From assembly GCA_907165135.1 (NCBI GenBank), contig OU015569.1, forward strand, positions 10,106,001 through 10,170,000: a stretch of 64,000 nt of DNA, written 5' to 3'. The position numbers and the translations under genes were made by a program. Shown here piece after piece: positions 43,455-54,616 of the stretch. The DNA comes from Oikopleura dioica. Its lineage: Eukaryota > Animalia > Chordata. How positions within the stretch are numbered: position 1 is the first letter of the stretch; every line of letters begins with the position of its first letter. The notes under the pieces were generated by a model. That model worked only from the letters and a program-made list of their open reading frames with translations. It had not been told where the DNA came from and ran no database searches.

Positions 43455-45437
43455 CTAAAGAGTGTCTGCGGCGTTGTTGGACGGAGCGAAGTATTCTGGG
43501 TAGCAACGGTACATTAAAATCGAGTCTGGCGGAAGGTACAGACTGATGGTATCCTTGAGTTTGTAGGAAGTAGCTCGGTGGTTGGGATCTTAAATCGGCT
43601 TATTATTTGGTCCATTGGTAGAAAATTGTTTTATCTAAATTAATATGAGTTGAAAGTTATATTCCGGTCGGAATCTTAGTTTAAAGCCGTTCCAAAAGAT
43701 CGACGCAGAGGTAAGATCCAACATCAGCCTTGAGACCAGCGTCAGCGAGAGTGAAATGCATATGTTGAGGCCGTCCGTCAGTTCGCTTCGAGACAGCGGC
43801 CACTGCGTATTCGCCTCCTTGCAGCGGTCTCTGCCACACTTCCATTCCAGGAATCAAGCCAAAACTATTCTCAACTTCGGATAGCATGTCACTTGTGGTG
43901 GTGTGGTTCAGAACGCGTCTTCCTTGAATTCCAAGAGGGTCTGTGTGTCGGATTAACGGATGATAAATCAGGAAAAAAGGTTCATTTGGGTTTTAGGGCT
44001 CTACTGTCCTGGCGGCGAGCAACGGTACATTATAATCGAGTCGGGATCGACGTAGAGCGTGATGATGTCTGTCATGTTCCACATCTCGAGAGGAACCGAC
44101 GAGTCAAACAAGTCGACGCAGGTATAGAGTCCGTTGCCGATGTCTTTGAGTCCAGCCTGAATCAGTGAGTTACAACGCTGCTGGCGCATTCGAAGCGTAC
44201 CTGTTTGAGAGTGAACTGGACCGAGCGTGGAGTTCCGTCAGTTCTAGCTGATACGACCCCAAGCGCGTACTGCTCGTTGACGATCTCTCGAACCCAAACA
44301 GAGTCGCCTTTTCCAAGCCCGTCCGTTTCATTCAAAACTCGACGACCCTGAATTCCCAAAGGATCTAACAAACGAATTCTCATTTGAAGAAAAGCTCTCG
44401 TCAAAAAAAGACATTCGAGGTTCAAAATACTCCTATTCAATTCAAAATAAGATTCAATCCGAAACTTGATTAACAGCGATGACGGCTGTGTTCTGATAAA
44501 CGTCTCGCATTTCTTTGGACATGGTCCTTAGATCAGTTGAGAGGAAGAGGGGTGCAGCGACGATGGACCAGATGCCGAACTGAACTTGAGCCTGGTTGAC
44601 AGTGAGCGCGTAGTTTCCGCCGATTAGCATGTCAGGGTCGTTCCACTTTCCAGGACCCGCAGCCTTAACCAGAACATCCGCGTGATCGCCCCACCACTGC
44701 GAGATATCAACGATATCATCCCAGTCGTCTTGAATATCGCCGTAATTTCGCCACACATTGCAAATTTCACCAAGCAAAGTGTAATTCACCTGTGGAGGAA
44801 GACCACCTACAAGAAAATCGTAAATAAAGCTATCGATTACAGGCATCAGAGTTTTATTAATTTTACCTTGATAGGCAGGCCAAGAGCAAGAATAAATAAT
44901 CGGTCTTCCAGTATTGTTAAGAGCGTGGCTCATCGCTGGATATCCAACTTTCTGCTGGTCATCGTCAGAGTAGCACCCGTCATACTTGAGCATATCAATT
45001 CCCCACTCAGCAAACATATCTGCATCTGTTTTCTCGTAGCCCATTGATCCTGGGAAGCCTCCACAAGTGTGGGTGCCCATGTCACCATAGATTCCGAGTT
45101 TCAAGCCCATGGAGTGAATCTGATCAGCCAACCATTTGATTCCATGCGGAAATCGAGCAGGATCGGCGGTGATTTTCCCATCCACTCGATCTCTCAAAGG
45201 CCAGCAATCATCAATATGGACGAGTTCGTATCCAACTCCGAGCCAACCGTCTTTTGCCAGTCGCTCGGCCTGTTCCATGAACAGTTTCTCACCGATACAG
45301 GTGTCAGGAAAGGTCTTGCAATCTGTGTTGCATCGGAATCTTTCCCAAGCGAGCCAGCCCATGGGAGGGGTTCTAGCGACGCCATTATTCATCGCCGTCG
45401 CCAGCGCAATAAAAGATCCAAAAATCTTCATCTTCAT
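43455..45437 (-). CDS. NAGA: Alpha-N-acetylgalactosaminidase (GH27) with two alternative C-terminal exon sets
   Basis: TPPMGWLAWERFRC, IDDCW, KLGIYGD.G..TC.G.PGS, LKYDGC, SCSWPAYQGGLPPQVNY, CNVWRN..DIQD.W, WNDPDML. C-terminal set A is 44364-44001 and set B is 43940-43455; both start DPLGIQGRRVLN. Confidence 0.93.
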
Positions 45438-45793
45438 TCTCTTCAAAGAAAAAAAAACGAATGCGGTAGAAGAATCGGGTGCCGGGCTATTAGCACATTC
45501 TAACAACAACTAAGTGTGAAAACAAATAATGAGAAAATCGTAAACAAACGAAACGAAAGGATAAAAGCGTCAATTCGATTTGTCAACATAAAAGCTAAAG
45601 TAATATTATTTATAATCTGCTCATGAAGTGGCTCCTTATCCTTTTTATGTAAGTATACATGTATTTAGTGCTGAACAGAAATATCTTTGTTTTTCAATAA
45701 TTAAAGACTCGAGACTCGCGAAGAGGGACTGCCCGAGACAGGTTAAAAATTGCATGAAAGAATTCGCAGTGAATGAAATTCAGAACTTGGAAA

Positions 45794-47870
45794 TTAAATG
45801 TTAATAACTCGGGAAAGTTTTTGGACACGGTTGAGGAGTAGATCGCCTTTGCGGATAACGTCCTGGTATTGCTTGTTCTTGGCGTCGGGACGGTTCGTTT
45901 CGATAATTCCGTTCACTTGATTTTCGTTAAAAAAAACTATTGAAGGAAAACTGCTACCTTTGTCTATTTTGGCGTGGATTCTGCCGGCCGTAATGAAATT
46001 CGAAAGCTCTCGATCGAGAAATTTGACGCTCACTCCAAATGCTTTTGACATGTATTCGAGACTCATTGAGTTGTAAGCCTAAAATCCGGTTGAGCAAATT
46101 TTCCGGTTAAAAAATTAGTTGCACCTTTAGTTGTTGATTGTAAGCGAGAATGCGCATTTCTCTCGTGTAATATTTGTAATGCTCGTGGGTGAATCGGTTG
46201 TTTTTCAGGTCCTGTTCAACGAAGGCGAGTCCACGGAAAAACTGAAGATAGAGCTTTAGAGAAGGACTACATCTTAGTTCAAAACGAACCTTATCAAACT
46301 GACTATTGTAGAAGGCGAGCGCGTATTGCTTCGAAGCCTGGTCGGAGTGGAGCACTTCTAGGATTTCGGACCCGTTCAAAATATCGCTCCAGAGCTGGTG
46401 TCTAGGAAGGGCGACCATAGAAACAATTACAACGTAGCGGATAAACTCTTCGTATTCCATGAGCTCGTAGGAGGTAAATGTCGCCACTGCGCCGAGGAAG
46501 AGCTCAGCAGCTCGTCTTTGTAACAGTTTAGTAAGGGAATTTTGAAAATTTGCGGTTCAATCGTGCCACGATTCGCGTTCATGACTGACATAATTTCCGA
46601 ATCTGTCATTTAAATTTGCGCCGTTTTTTTATTCCAGCTCGAAGCCGTAAACGGTTTACTGACAAATGTGGAAGTTTTGTCATTCACAATCAGAATCGTG
46701 TTATTTCTGCTTACTTGAAATCTCTGATCGTAATGCAGTAGAGGCCTTCGTACACCTTTAGTCTGTTTCGTCGATCCCAGTCGCCACCTTCATCGATCAT
46801 TTTCTTTGCTTTTTCGACGTTTTCTGTAATCAGTTTTCTATCGTTGTAGAAAAGTCCAATTCGAAGAATCGCAAACGTCAAGTCCAGTCGAATACCAAGC
46901 GTGACGTTCTTCTCCAGGGCGAGAACTACAATTCAAAAAGAAAAAAAGACACTTGAAACATTTTTTACCTTTCTTGTAAAGAGCGAGAGCTTCTTCTTTA
47001 TCGCCGATTTGCGAGTAATACGTAGCCTTTTCGATCATTGCATCGCGGACGTCTGTGCTGACGTCGCCTAAAAGATCCATTGCAATCGTGTTTTTCAGCA
47101 AAAGAAAGTACCTTCGACTTGTCCAGCGGCTTCAATCTTTTCGTCGAGCTTCTTGAGCTGTTCCTTGTTTTTCGCCTTGAGATCGGATAAGATCTTCTTG
47201 TCAGGTGTTCTTTCCAGTTCGGCGCACATGTCCGCGTAGAAAGGCGCCATTTCTGAAAGTAATTTGAACATCCAAGAACATCCGATGCACCTTAAGGACT
47301 TGCACCTGCTCAGTCGACTATAAAGTAAGAATTTGCGGAGCAAGAAATCAAATCCAAGAAATCAAAATGACCAGCGTCTCAAAAATCATCAAAATGATTC
47401 GAACGCGGAAAGACTCGAAAAAGAAGCCGATCCTTCGAAAGCAAAAAACCACAAAAATAACGAGTTACGGCGGCACCATACGAAGACAGAGCGTCGAATG
47501 GCGCAAGAGCTTGACTTCAGCGTGTCAAGCTTTCGACGGCTTCGAAAGTTGCGACTCCGAGTACGGCTGGGAACTTCACAAAAGCGAGCTGAACAAAATC
47601 AGGGATGAGATTTCCGTACAAAAGAAAATCGTCGACGATTTACAAAGCGAAGCCGCACATTTGCGTTCACTGCGAAATCAACTGCGTAGCAGTTACTACT
47701 GTAACAATAAATCTATAAATTGAACATCTACCTTTGGCTTTCACTTCAGCCATGAGTTTCTCCTCGGTCTTTGCGCAGTTCGGATGCGATTTCAAGAAGA
47801 ATTTCCACTGAGCCACATCGAGATTTGGAATCTTCGGGATTTTCTCATCATCTGTTATTTTCGCCGGCAT
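45794..47870 (-). CDS. PSMD6: 26S proteasome non-ATPase regulatory subunit 6 (RPN7)
   Basis: [14 protein letters not shown]|EMAPFY; [17 protein letters not shown]; [10 protein letters not shown]; [11 protein letters not shown]; [20 protein letters not shown]; [37 protein letters not shown]. Confidence 0.96.
47367..47723 (+). CDS. Intronless 118-aa ORF (basic N-terminus, predicted coiled coil) antisense within PSMD6 intron 1
   Basis: ATG-initiated ORF fills most of the 47254-47730 intron, which is much longer than most other PSMD6 introns (about 40 nt). Confidence 0.4.
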   Translation: MTSVSKIIKMIRTRKDSKKKPILRKQKTTKITSYGGTIRRQSVEWRKSLTSACQAFDGFESCDSEYGWELHKSELNKIRDEISVQKKIVDDLQSEAAHLRSLRNQLRSSYYCNNKSIN

Positions 47871-48405
47871 TCTATAAGGAGCGATTTCTGTTATTATTAT
47901 CTTAAACTAATGATTTTACATAGTTTCATGCAGAATACAGTATTATCAATAAAAACCCAACAGATGAGTTTCAAAAGGGTAAGGAGATATCCTTAAAAAG
48001 AAATAAAGACTAGACTTATTTTAGCTAAAATCTGACTGAAGTTGTTTATCTTCACAGAACATGGATCCTCTAAATATTTTTTAAAGAAAATGCAGTTTGA
48101 ATTTAGCGATGAAAATGTGAAAAAAATGATTCTAGATTGATTATTTTTTGGAGATTTTAAATTTGGCAAACGTTGGCGAATACTGAAAGAGAGCCAATGA
48201 GCAGCGCTGGGTGAAATAGAGGCAAGATCTTTGGAGATTCGAACCCGTTTAGTTTGAGAAGGAAAAAAATGTGCGATGGCGATCAGTAGACCACCCACGC
48301 CTGGTTTTTGAGCGGCTGTGATTGGCCTGCTTCTTCTGGCGAGGTTTGAAGCACTCAGCCGATCAGTCACAGTCAAGTAGAAACCGAGATAGAGCAATCC
48401 CTGAT

Positions 48406-48727
48406 ATGTCGAGCACATCACAGAAGCACGCGAACTTCGTAGCGGAGCCAATGGGCGAAAAAGAGGTCAACGAGGTGGCAGGCATCGGGCCCACCTATGC
48501 CAAGCGATTGCAGGAGAAGGGATTCGAAAAGGCCTACCAGGTACAGCTCTAGAAATAGATCCAAGTCAATAACAATCGCGCAAATTCAGTTGCTGGCCCA
48601 GTACCTCCTCCTAGCCAAGGACGAGGAAATGTTCAAAGAGTGGCTGAAGGACGAGATCGAAATGAAGGGGAAGCATTTGAACGACTGCTCCAACTGCATC
48701 ACCGAGTGGTCCCGCGCCTTCATGTAA
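48406..48727 (+). CDS. BANF1: Barrier-to-autointegration factor
   Basis: [45 protein letters not shown]|[20 protein letters not shown]...[13 protein letters not shown]; one GT-AG intron. Confidence 0.96.
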
Positions 48728-48962
48728 GGCAGCCATGCTGCCTAGAAGACAACAAATATCCTCGAAAGGGGATTATTCACCTCACTTTACCAAATTGCGG
48801 AATGCAAGCATCACCTCACTGACCAAGAATAAAACATGTATCGCCTCCTCTGACCGATTTCTCGACTCTTTTTTAGCAGTTACGCATTTAAACACTGTCA
48901 TTAGGTTAACTTTCTGTCCGAATCGCGCAATAAGCAGAATTCTAATTTATTGAAGGTTCAAT

Positions 48963-49339
48963 TCATGGGTGTTGTTGTTTGTAGACGAAGAAAGCAAGAG
49001 TTGAAAGAGAAATGAGCAGGGAAAGGTTCGAAATTAGTGAAATTCTTTTGGAGGACTTCTCGACGCTCTCCAGTTTTCGGTTGAACTCGGCCAGATGATC
49101 GAGGACATTACGGCCGGCAGGACCGGCTTCATGAAGAACAGTGGTGTCCAAGTCGGAAGCTTCCTCGTGAATAGCGTCTCTGAAAGTCCATTGTTAAAAA
49201 TACACACTACAAGTGTCGCTTATTACATCAATCCCATTTCTTCACGATAATCGTTCATCCTATTGTTGAAGAAATTCGAGTCGTCGAGACTAAGCTTTTC
49301 AGGAGGCGTGTTGAGCATAATCTTCCGTTCTTCCGACAT
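48963..49339 (-). CDS. Small tail-anchored protein resembling mitochondrial fission factor (Mff/Tango11)
   Basis: MSEERKIMLNTPPEKLSLDD resembles the Mff L-x-TPP-x-x-L-x-L motif. It is followed by a coiled-coil-like LAEFNRKLESVEKSSKR and a C-terminal hydrophobic segment plus KQQHP*. One 47-nt GT-AG intron. Confidence 0.5.
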
Positions 49340-49629
49340 TTCTATCGAAATCCTGCTGATTTAATATTTTCTTTTTGGGCTCTCTAACTCACTATTGGCT
49401 GGTCTGCGTCGAGATCGCAAATGCGCGCCATCCGTTTCTACGAAAGATCGAACTCATTATAAATTTCTAATCTGCGTTTTTTATCGTTGAAATACCGATA
49501 GGGACATTTTGCGTTTAGTTTCTTTTATTGAGCTTGAGGGTAAATGATGTGGCAGCAATTTCTATTGTTCAGAACGACTCGTTGAGTGAGTATTGCGGTA
49601 GGTAGGCAGGGATGAGAAAACAAGGACGA

Positions 49630-50444
49630 TTGTATTCAATTGTTGTTGAATCGGTCAGGTTCGTGCAAGTTGGCGAGGAAACTGAAGAGAGAGTGGTTGT
49701 CCAACTCGCGCGCCTTCTCCAGGCGAGTGCCATCATCGAGGTGGCGCCAGTAATTCAGCAGAAAGCGGAAGGCCTCGAATCTTCTTTATCAGTGATTTAA
49801 ACAAGCCATTTCAAGTACTACAGTGTAGTAATGCATGAAGTTCAAATCACTATCCTTGTTGAAAGCGTTGTTCTGATAATTTCTTCTTCTCGGATTCCGT
49901 CAACCGAAGAGAAGAATCGGACTCCGATGACTTCTATCGTCGGGTTTTCTACACCATCCGGCCCAACTAAACAGTCGTTGGACTTTCGTTGGACTCCAAT
50001 AGTGAGTTTTTTACTTACTTTGGAGTATTTTGAAGGTTAGTCGAACAATTTGGTTTCTGTTCGTTACATCGCTGTAGACGTATTTGACAATTGGGGATCC
50101 GCTCATTCTCGTCTTGTTTAATTGAACTTCACTCCGATAAAATGTCTCTAACGAAATGTGAAACTGAGATTAGAATAAGGGAAATTTCTATGGGGAAAGT
50201 TCTGCTGTTGGCGCCCTCTGGTGACGGGAAAATCCCGTCCGACGGCGCGTGATAAGACTTCATCGTTTCTCATGCTCAACTTGAAAACCTCTTCCGACTT
50301 GGCAATTGTTGTTGACCGATTATCGGAATAAGAAGAAATTACTTTGAATGTGGCCGATATCAACTCGATTGTTGCTTCATCGTTACTTCGTTGACTCCTT
50401 TGAGGAGGGATTAGTCTTTTGGAATTTAGTTGAATCCCAGGCAT
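49630..50444 (-). CDS. Putative uncharacterised gene
   Basis: Protein-like open segments (ORF 50148-50444; CLVGPDGVENPTIEVIGVRFF...; FEAFRFLLNYWRHLDDGTRLEKARELDNHSLFSFL...). No family recognised. Confidence 0.3.
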
Positions 50445-50615
50445 TTGGGAAAACTAAAATGAGCCACAGTAGTGTTTTGAGAACTTTCTATCTCACAGCG
50501 CTAAAACCGCTTATTTTCTGAACTTCTAACAAGTACAAAGATTTGCTTAGATAACTTGAATCAATAAACAAGATATTCGGCGAAATCAAAAATTCGGGTG
50601 CGGATCCACGAGATT

Positions 50616-53264
50616 ATGAAAGTATTAAATTTTACAATTTTAAGCAGTGTCTTTGCGGCCGAGCAGTGCTGGTCCGAAAATAGTCCTTATTCGGGAACAG
50701 TTTCTGTGACTAGATCAAGAAGGGCTTGCCAAAATTGGAGTTCCTCGTGGCCTCGGAAGGTTGCTCACCGGCCGAGTACAGAATCGCGAAATTATTGCAG
50801 GAAAGTAAATGATACTCGACCGGGGAAGCTAAAGATACCTTAGGAATCCTGATAATGATCCTGGAGGACCATGGTGCTATACTAAAAATGGAGACCGTAC
50901 GTGGGAATTTTGCGACATTCCTAAATGTCGGCGTAACTCAGCCGCAGTAGAAAAGGATCCGTGCGATAAGAGCGCCTTCTATTACACAGGCTTTACGAAC
51001 ACCACTAAAACTGGCCGAGAGTGCTCAAACTGGCGATATTCACCCCATAATTATTGCCGGACGTTTGACAAACAAAGATCAGGAACGTGGCTTCATAGCT
51101 ATCTTATACTCTTATCTATATGAACTTCTCTGAAGCCGAGTTAAGGACCTTTCTGCTTTGTTGAATACGATGACTTTAATTGGAGACATGGAGGAACAAT
51201 TCGAAAAAGGGAACAGGAAAGCTGTACGGTCTTGCCGGAACCAGAAATGCAGAAGGATTCGAGAGAATGTCCTATTGGTTGTTTGACCGATGATGTCGGG
51301 TCGGAATACCGAGGAAAAGCGTACATGACAGCCAAAGGTTTTTTGTGTCAAAGATGGGACGTCGACTATCCAAATCGTGTTGAGCACGCGCCTGATGCTG
51401 ACGATAGATCTCACAACTATTGCCGCAATCCAAACAACGATCCTCGTGGTCCATGGCAAGGTTCTTCGTTATCAAATTAGATAAAAAGCAATAAAATAAG
51501 ATTGAACCTAAAATAAGTGCTACACATTTGACCGCATTTCGAAGAAAGGGTACTGCACGCAAATCCCTCTCTGTGAATCGTCCGGTAGACGTCCTCCAAC
51601 GACAATAAGACCTTCAACTACGACGCGCAGGAGACAGCCAAGTTGGGTCAACCCAACATCACGTCCAACTACAACAACTACCTCGAGAATAACATTCCCT
51701 CCAAGAAATTCTGCGCGTCCCTCTTCCGCGAGGATTCCAGCTAAATGTGGCGATCCAATAGTCAAAGATCAAGATATACTCGCTTCTGTTACGAACTTAG
51801 TTTAGGTTCATAAACGCAATAACTTGATTTACTTTTGATTTCAAATTAGCAAAATTGAACTGATAAAGACAATCGAAGATGGAAACCAGGTTCACTGAGA
51901 AGATCAAAACGGATACATGGTGGAATTAACGCTATTGCCGGGTCATTCCCATGGATAGTTTCGTTGAAAGGTCCCTCATGAACGGCTTTAAACTCCTTTC
52001 ATAGAAGTTCTATCAATTTACTTTAATAGCGTGTTCAAGTTAATAAGCCTGAAAAGCAACAGAAAATTGTGCAGGAACGATTCTAGGACCGCGGCTTATT
52101 GTTACGGCGGCACACTGTGTTGCTAGTCTAACAGTTGAGACCATCCGTCTTTTTGCTGGTGCCTTTTCGATCCGCAAGTATGGTTATATTTTTCTGTGTT
52201 AAAAGATGTTAAAGTTGGATCTGATGGCGTGGAGCTGACAGCAAAGGAAATTATTGTTCATCCGGATTTTTATCAAGCATCTGGAGGCGCACCAAGGGAA
52301 AGGGCAAAAAGTCTACTGTTTTACTCCTCTAGTAATCACAAGGCCCCACGGATAGATATGACGTTGGTCTTGTTTTCGTGGAAGATATACGCTTCAATAA
52401 TTATATCCAGCCTGCCTGTTTTCCCAGGTATCATCAAATTATGTGATCTTCCAACTTTGACGCTTCAAAGGCCAGAGAGCTTGGAGCAAATTGGGAGATT
52501 ATCGCAAAAGTCATGAGAATATACAACTGCTCAAAAGTTACTATTCTAACTCAGTAAAGATGATAGAACTTTATCAAATAACTTTGTTCAAAGATTATTT
52601 TTTGTTTAGCGAGGAAGACTCAAAACCAGAGGATGGCGATGTGTGTGTTATCGCCGGCTGGGGAGCTTCTCGAAGCCAAGAATATTATCAATTTGTACTG
52701 CACGATTTGTTTTCTTTGTCGTAATGAGTTTTTCGTAGTTGCAAAAGGGCGTCATCCGAATTTTCGATGACAATCAATGCAAACGTCTGATTGGAAGCCG
52801 ATTCCGTTCTGATCAAGAGATCTGCGCCGGCCGCGTCGACGGAAGGAGCGGTTGAAAATATGCTTAGCGAGCAAACTAATCTATTCAAGTGATTGGTACG
52901 CCATCAGCAAGCTGCTTTCATGGCTTATTTGCGGAGAAAGTGGCTTTGTACAAGTCCAATAATCAGAACAATAGAATTTGGCGGCTATTCAACCAGCTTA
53001 AAAGTGTTGATAGTTGTCATGGGGACTCGGGAGGGCCACTCATGTGCTACCGGGAGAAATCTTCTAAACCTCGATGGACCCTTGATGGAATAGTCAGTTG
53101 GGGAGCTGGGTTTTGTGGTTCAGCTGGCAGTCCCGGGGTTTACCAAGAGTTTGCCTTTTACAGGGGTAAGATTAATCGCCAAGAAAAGCGAGATATATGT
53201 TGTTTCAATTTATTTAGAGTGGATTTTCCAGGAAGCAAGGAAGTACAATAACAGACGGCAATAA
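50616..53264 (+). CDS. Secreted plasminogen-like serine protease: 3 kringles, Thr/Ser/Pro linker, trypsin domain
   Basis: Kringle motifs NYCR|[19 protein letters not shown]...GPFCF and [14 protein letters not shown]|CYT; RSKR-IHGG; TAAHC (His), RYDVGL (Asp), [10 protein letters not shown] (Ser, Asp189-type S1 pocket); GIVSWG..CG..GSPGVY. Confidence 0.92.
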
Positions 53265-53353
53265 TAAGGAAGTTATTCAAAAGAAGGGTCACACTGTAAA
53301 AAATACCAGTATTAGTTGCCATTAGCAGAACTAAATATACATGAAATTAGCAC

Positions 53354-54616
53354 TCATTTGGCGTTTTTTTTTTTGTTAGACAGGTTTTTCTGTTTTCTGT
53401 GTATTTGCTGTTTGTGAGATTTTTAAGCATATCGATCAGTTTTCTTGCGTAGAGCGACAGCTGCAACAATTCCAAAGATTTCAAGGACCAGGGCACCAGC
53501 ACCGACTCCACCAAGAATGAGTCCAGCTTTCTTCAATTGATCCTTAAAAATGTTAGAAGACTAGCACAGAAGAAGAGTTTCTGAAATAACCTCGCAAAGG
53601 TCGTCTCTGTAAGAGACATCGTTGATTGCACAAGTGTCTGAAGTAGGATTACAGCAGGTAGCAGGAGCATCGACAACTAGAAGTCAAGTTTATAGTGGAA
53701 TTTAATTGTCCTATTAGAGAAGAAAGGATTTATGTAGTCATTGTACTCACAGAGCCGAGGGATTTGGATTATTCAAAGTGAAATCCCGCTGTGCAAAACA
53801 AAAGAATGCGGATGGGAAAATGTTTTTAAGGTAAAATAACAAACATGCCGCTGGACAATGACAATAATCAATCAGCAATACCTGTAGAGTTGGCCGGGCT
53901 ATTCCACTCGCAGCAATCAAGAGTAGTTCTCATCGTGTCAACGAAATCGTTGTTGAAGATCAAGGCGGGATCTTGAGGATCACTGGTATCGTTCTGAATT
54001 TCGTGTAAGACAGTTATCACAAGTGTTGTGACGTACCGTGTACATGTTGAAGCGATCCCCCACGAAGTCGTCGATTATCGGATACTTGACGAAAGCGAGA
54101 ATCACAAGAGCAAGTTCAGCTAAAATGCATCGGTACATATCAATTCCTTCTTTTTATGAGAACATACCAATAATTAACAAAATAACCAAAATCATATAAA
54201 TCGTCAGCATAAACTTGTTCTTGCAGCAGCCTAAAATTGACATTCATTTTTACAGTAATCGCTAATCTGGTCTTTTCAAAACCACAAAAGCTTTTACCTC
54301 CAAACGCTCCTAGAAGAGACAAAAGAGCAGTGAAAGAGCCAACAGCAATGGCCAAGTAAATGGCTCCTTCAAAGACGGTCATCATGTTTGTGAATTCCTC
54401 AGGAATGGGTTCAGTACTGTTCTTGCTAAATGTCTCCCGGGAAACGTCCACAAGCTAACAAAGCGAGTTAGTGCATCCATTTGACAAAAAAAAACTCACC
54501 TTGTAAAAGCTCTCAGAGTCGAGGAGCAGCCAAAGGCTCAGCCCTAGAAGACCGAGGCCTCCAATTCCAATGAGCAAGTTCAGAGCGACAAAAATAATCT
54601 GCAGGCATTTTCCCAT
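53354..54616 (-). CDS. Tetraspanin
   Basis: MGKCLQIIFVALNLLIGIGGLGLLGLSLWLL; GSFTALLSLLGAFGGCCKNK; large loop with CCE and PATCC plus a terminal Cys; fourth TM GVGAGALVLEIFGIVAAV. Confidence 0.9.

Noticed and set aside
44682-45513. + strand ORFs of 121-144 aa
   Set aside because: They are antisense shadows of the NAGA coding exon.
45437-45794. PSMD6-NAGA as a polycistronic operon (same strand, acceptor-like TTTTTCTTTGAAG just before the NAGA ATG)
   Set aside because: The gap of about 350 nt is long for larvacean operons, and the acceptor could belong to a 5'UTR intron; this cannot be decided without SL data.
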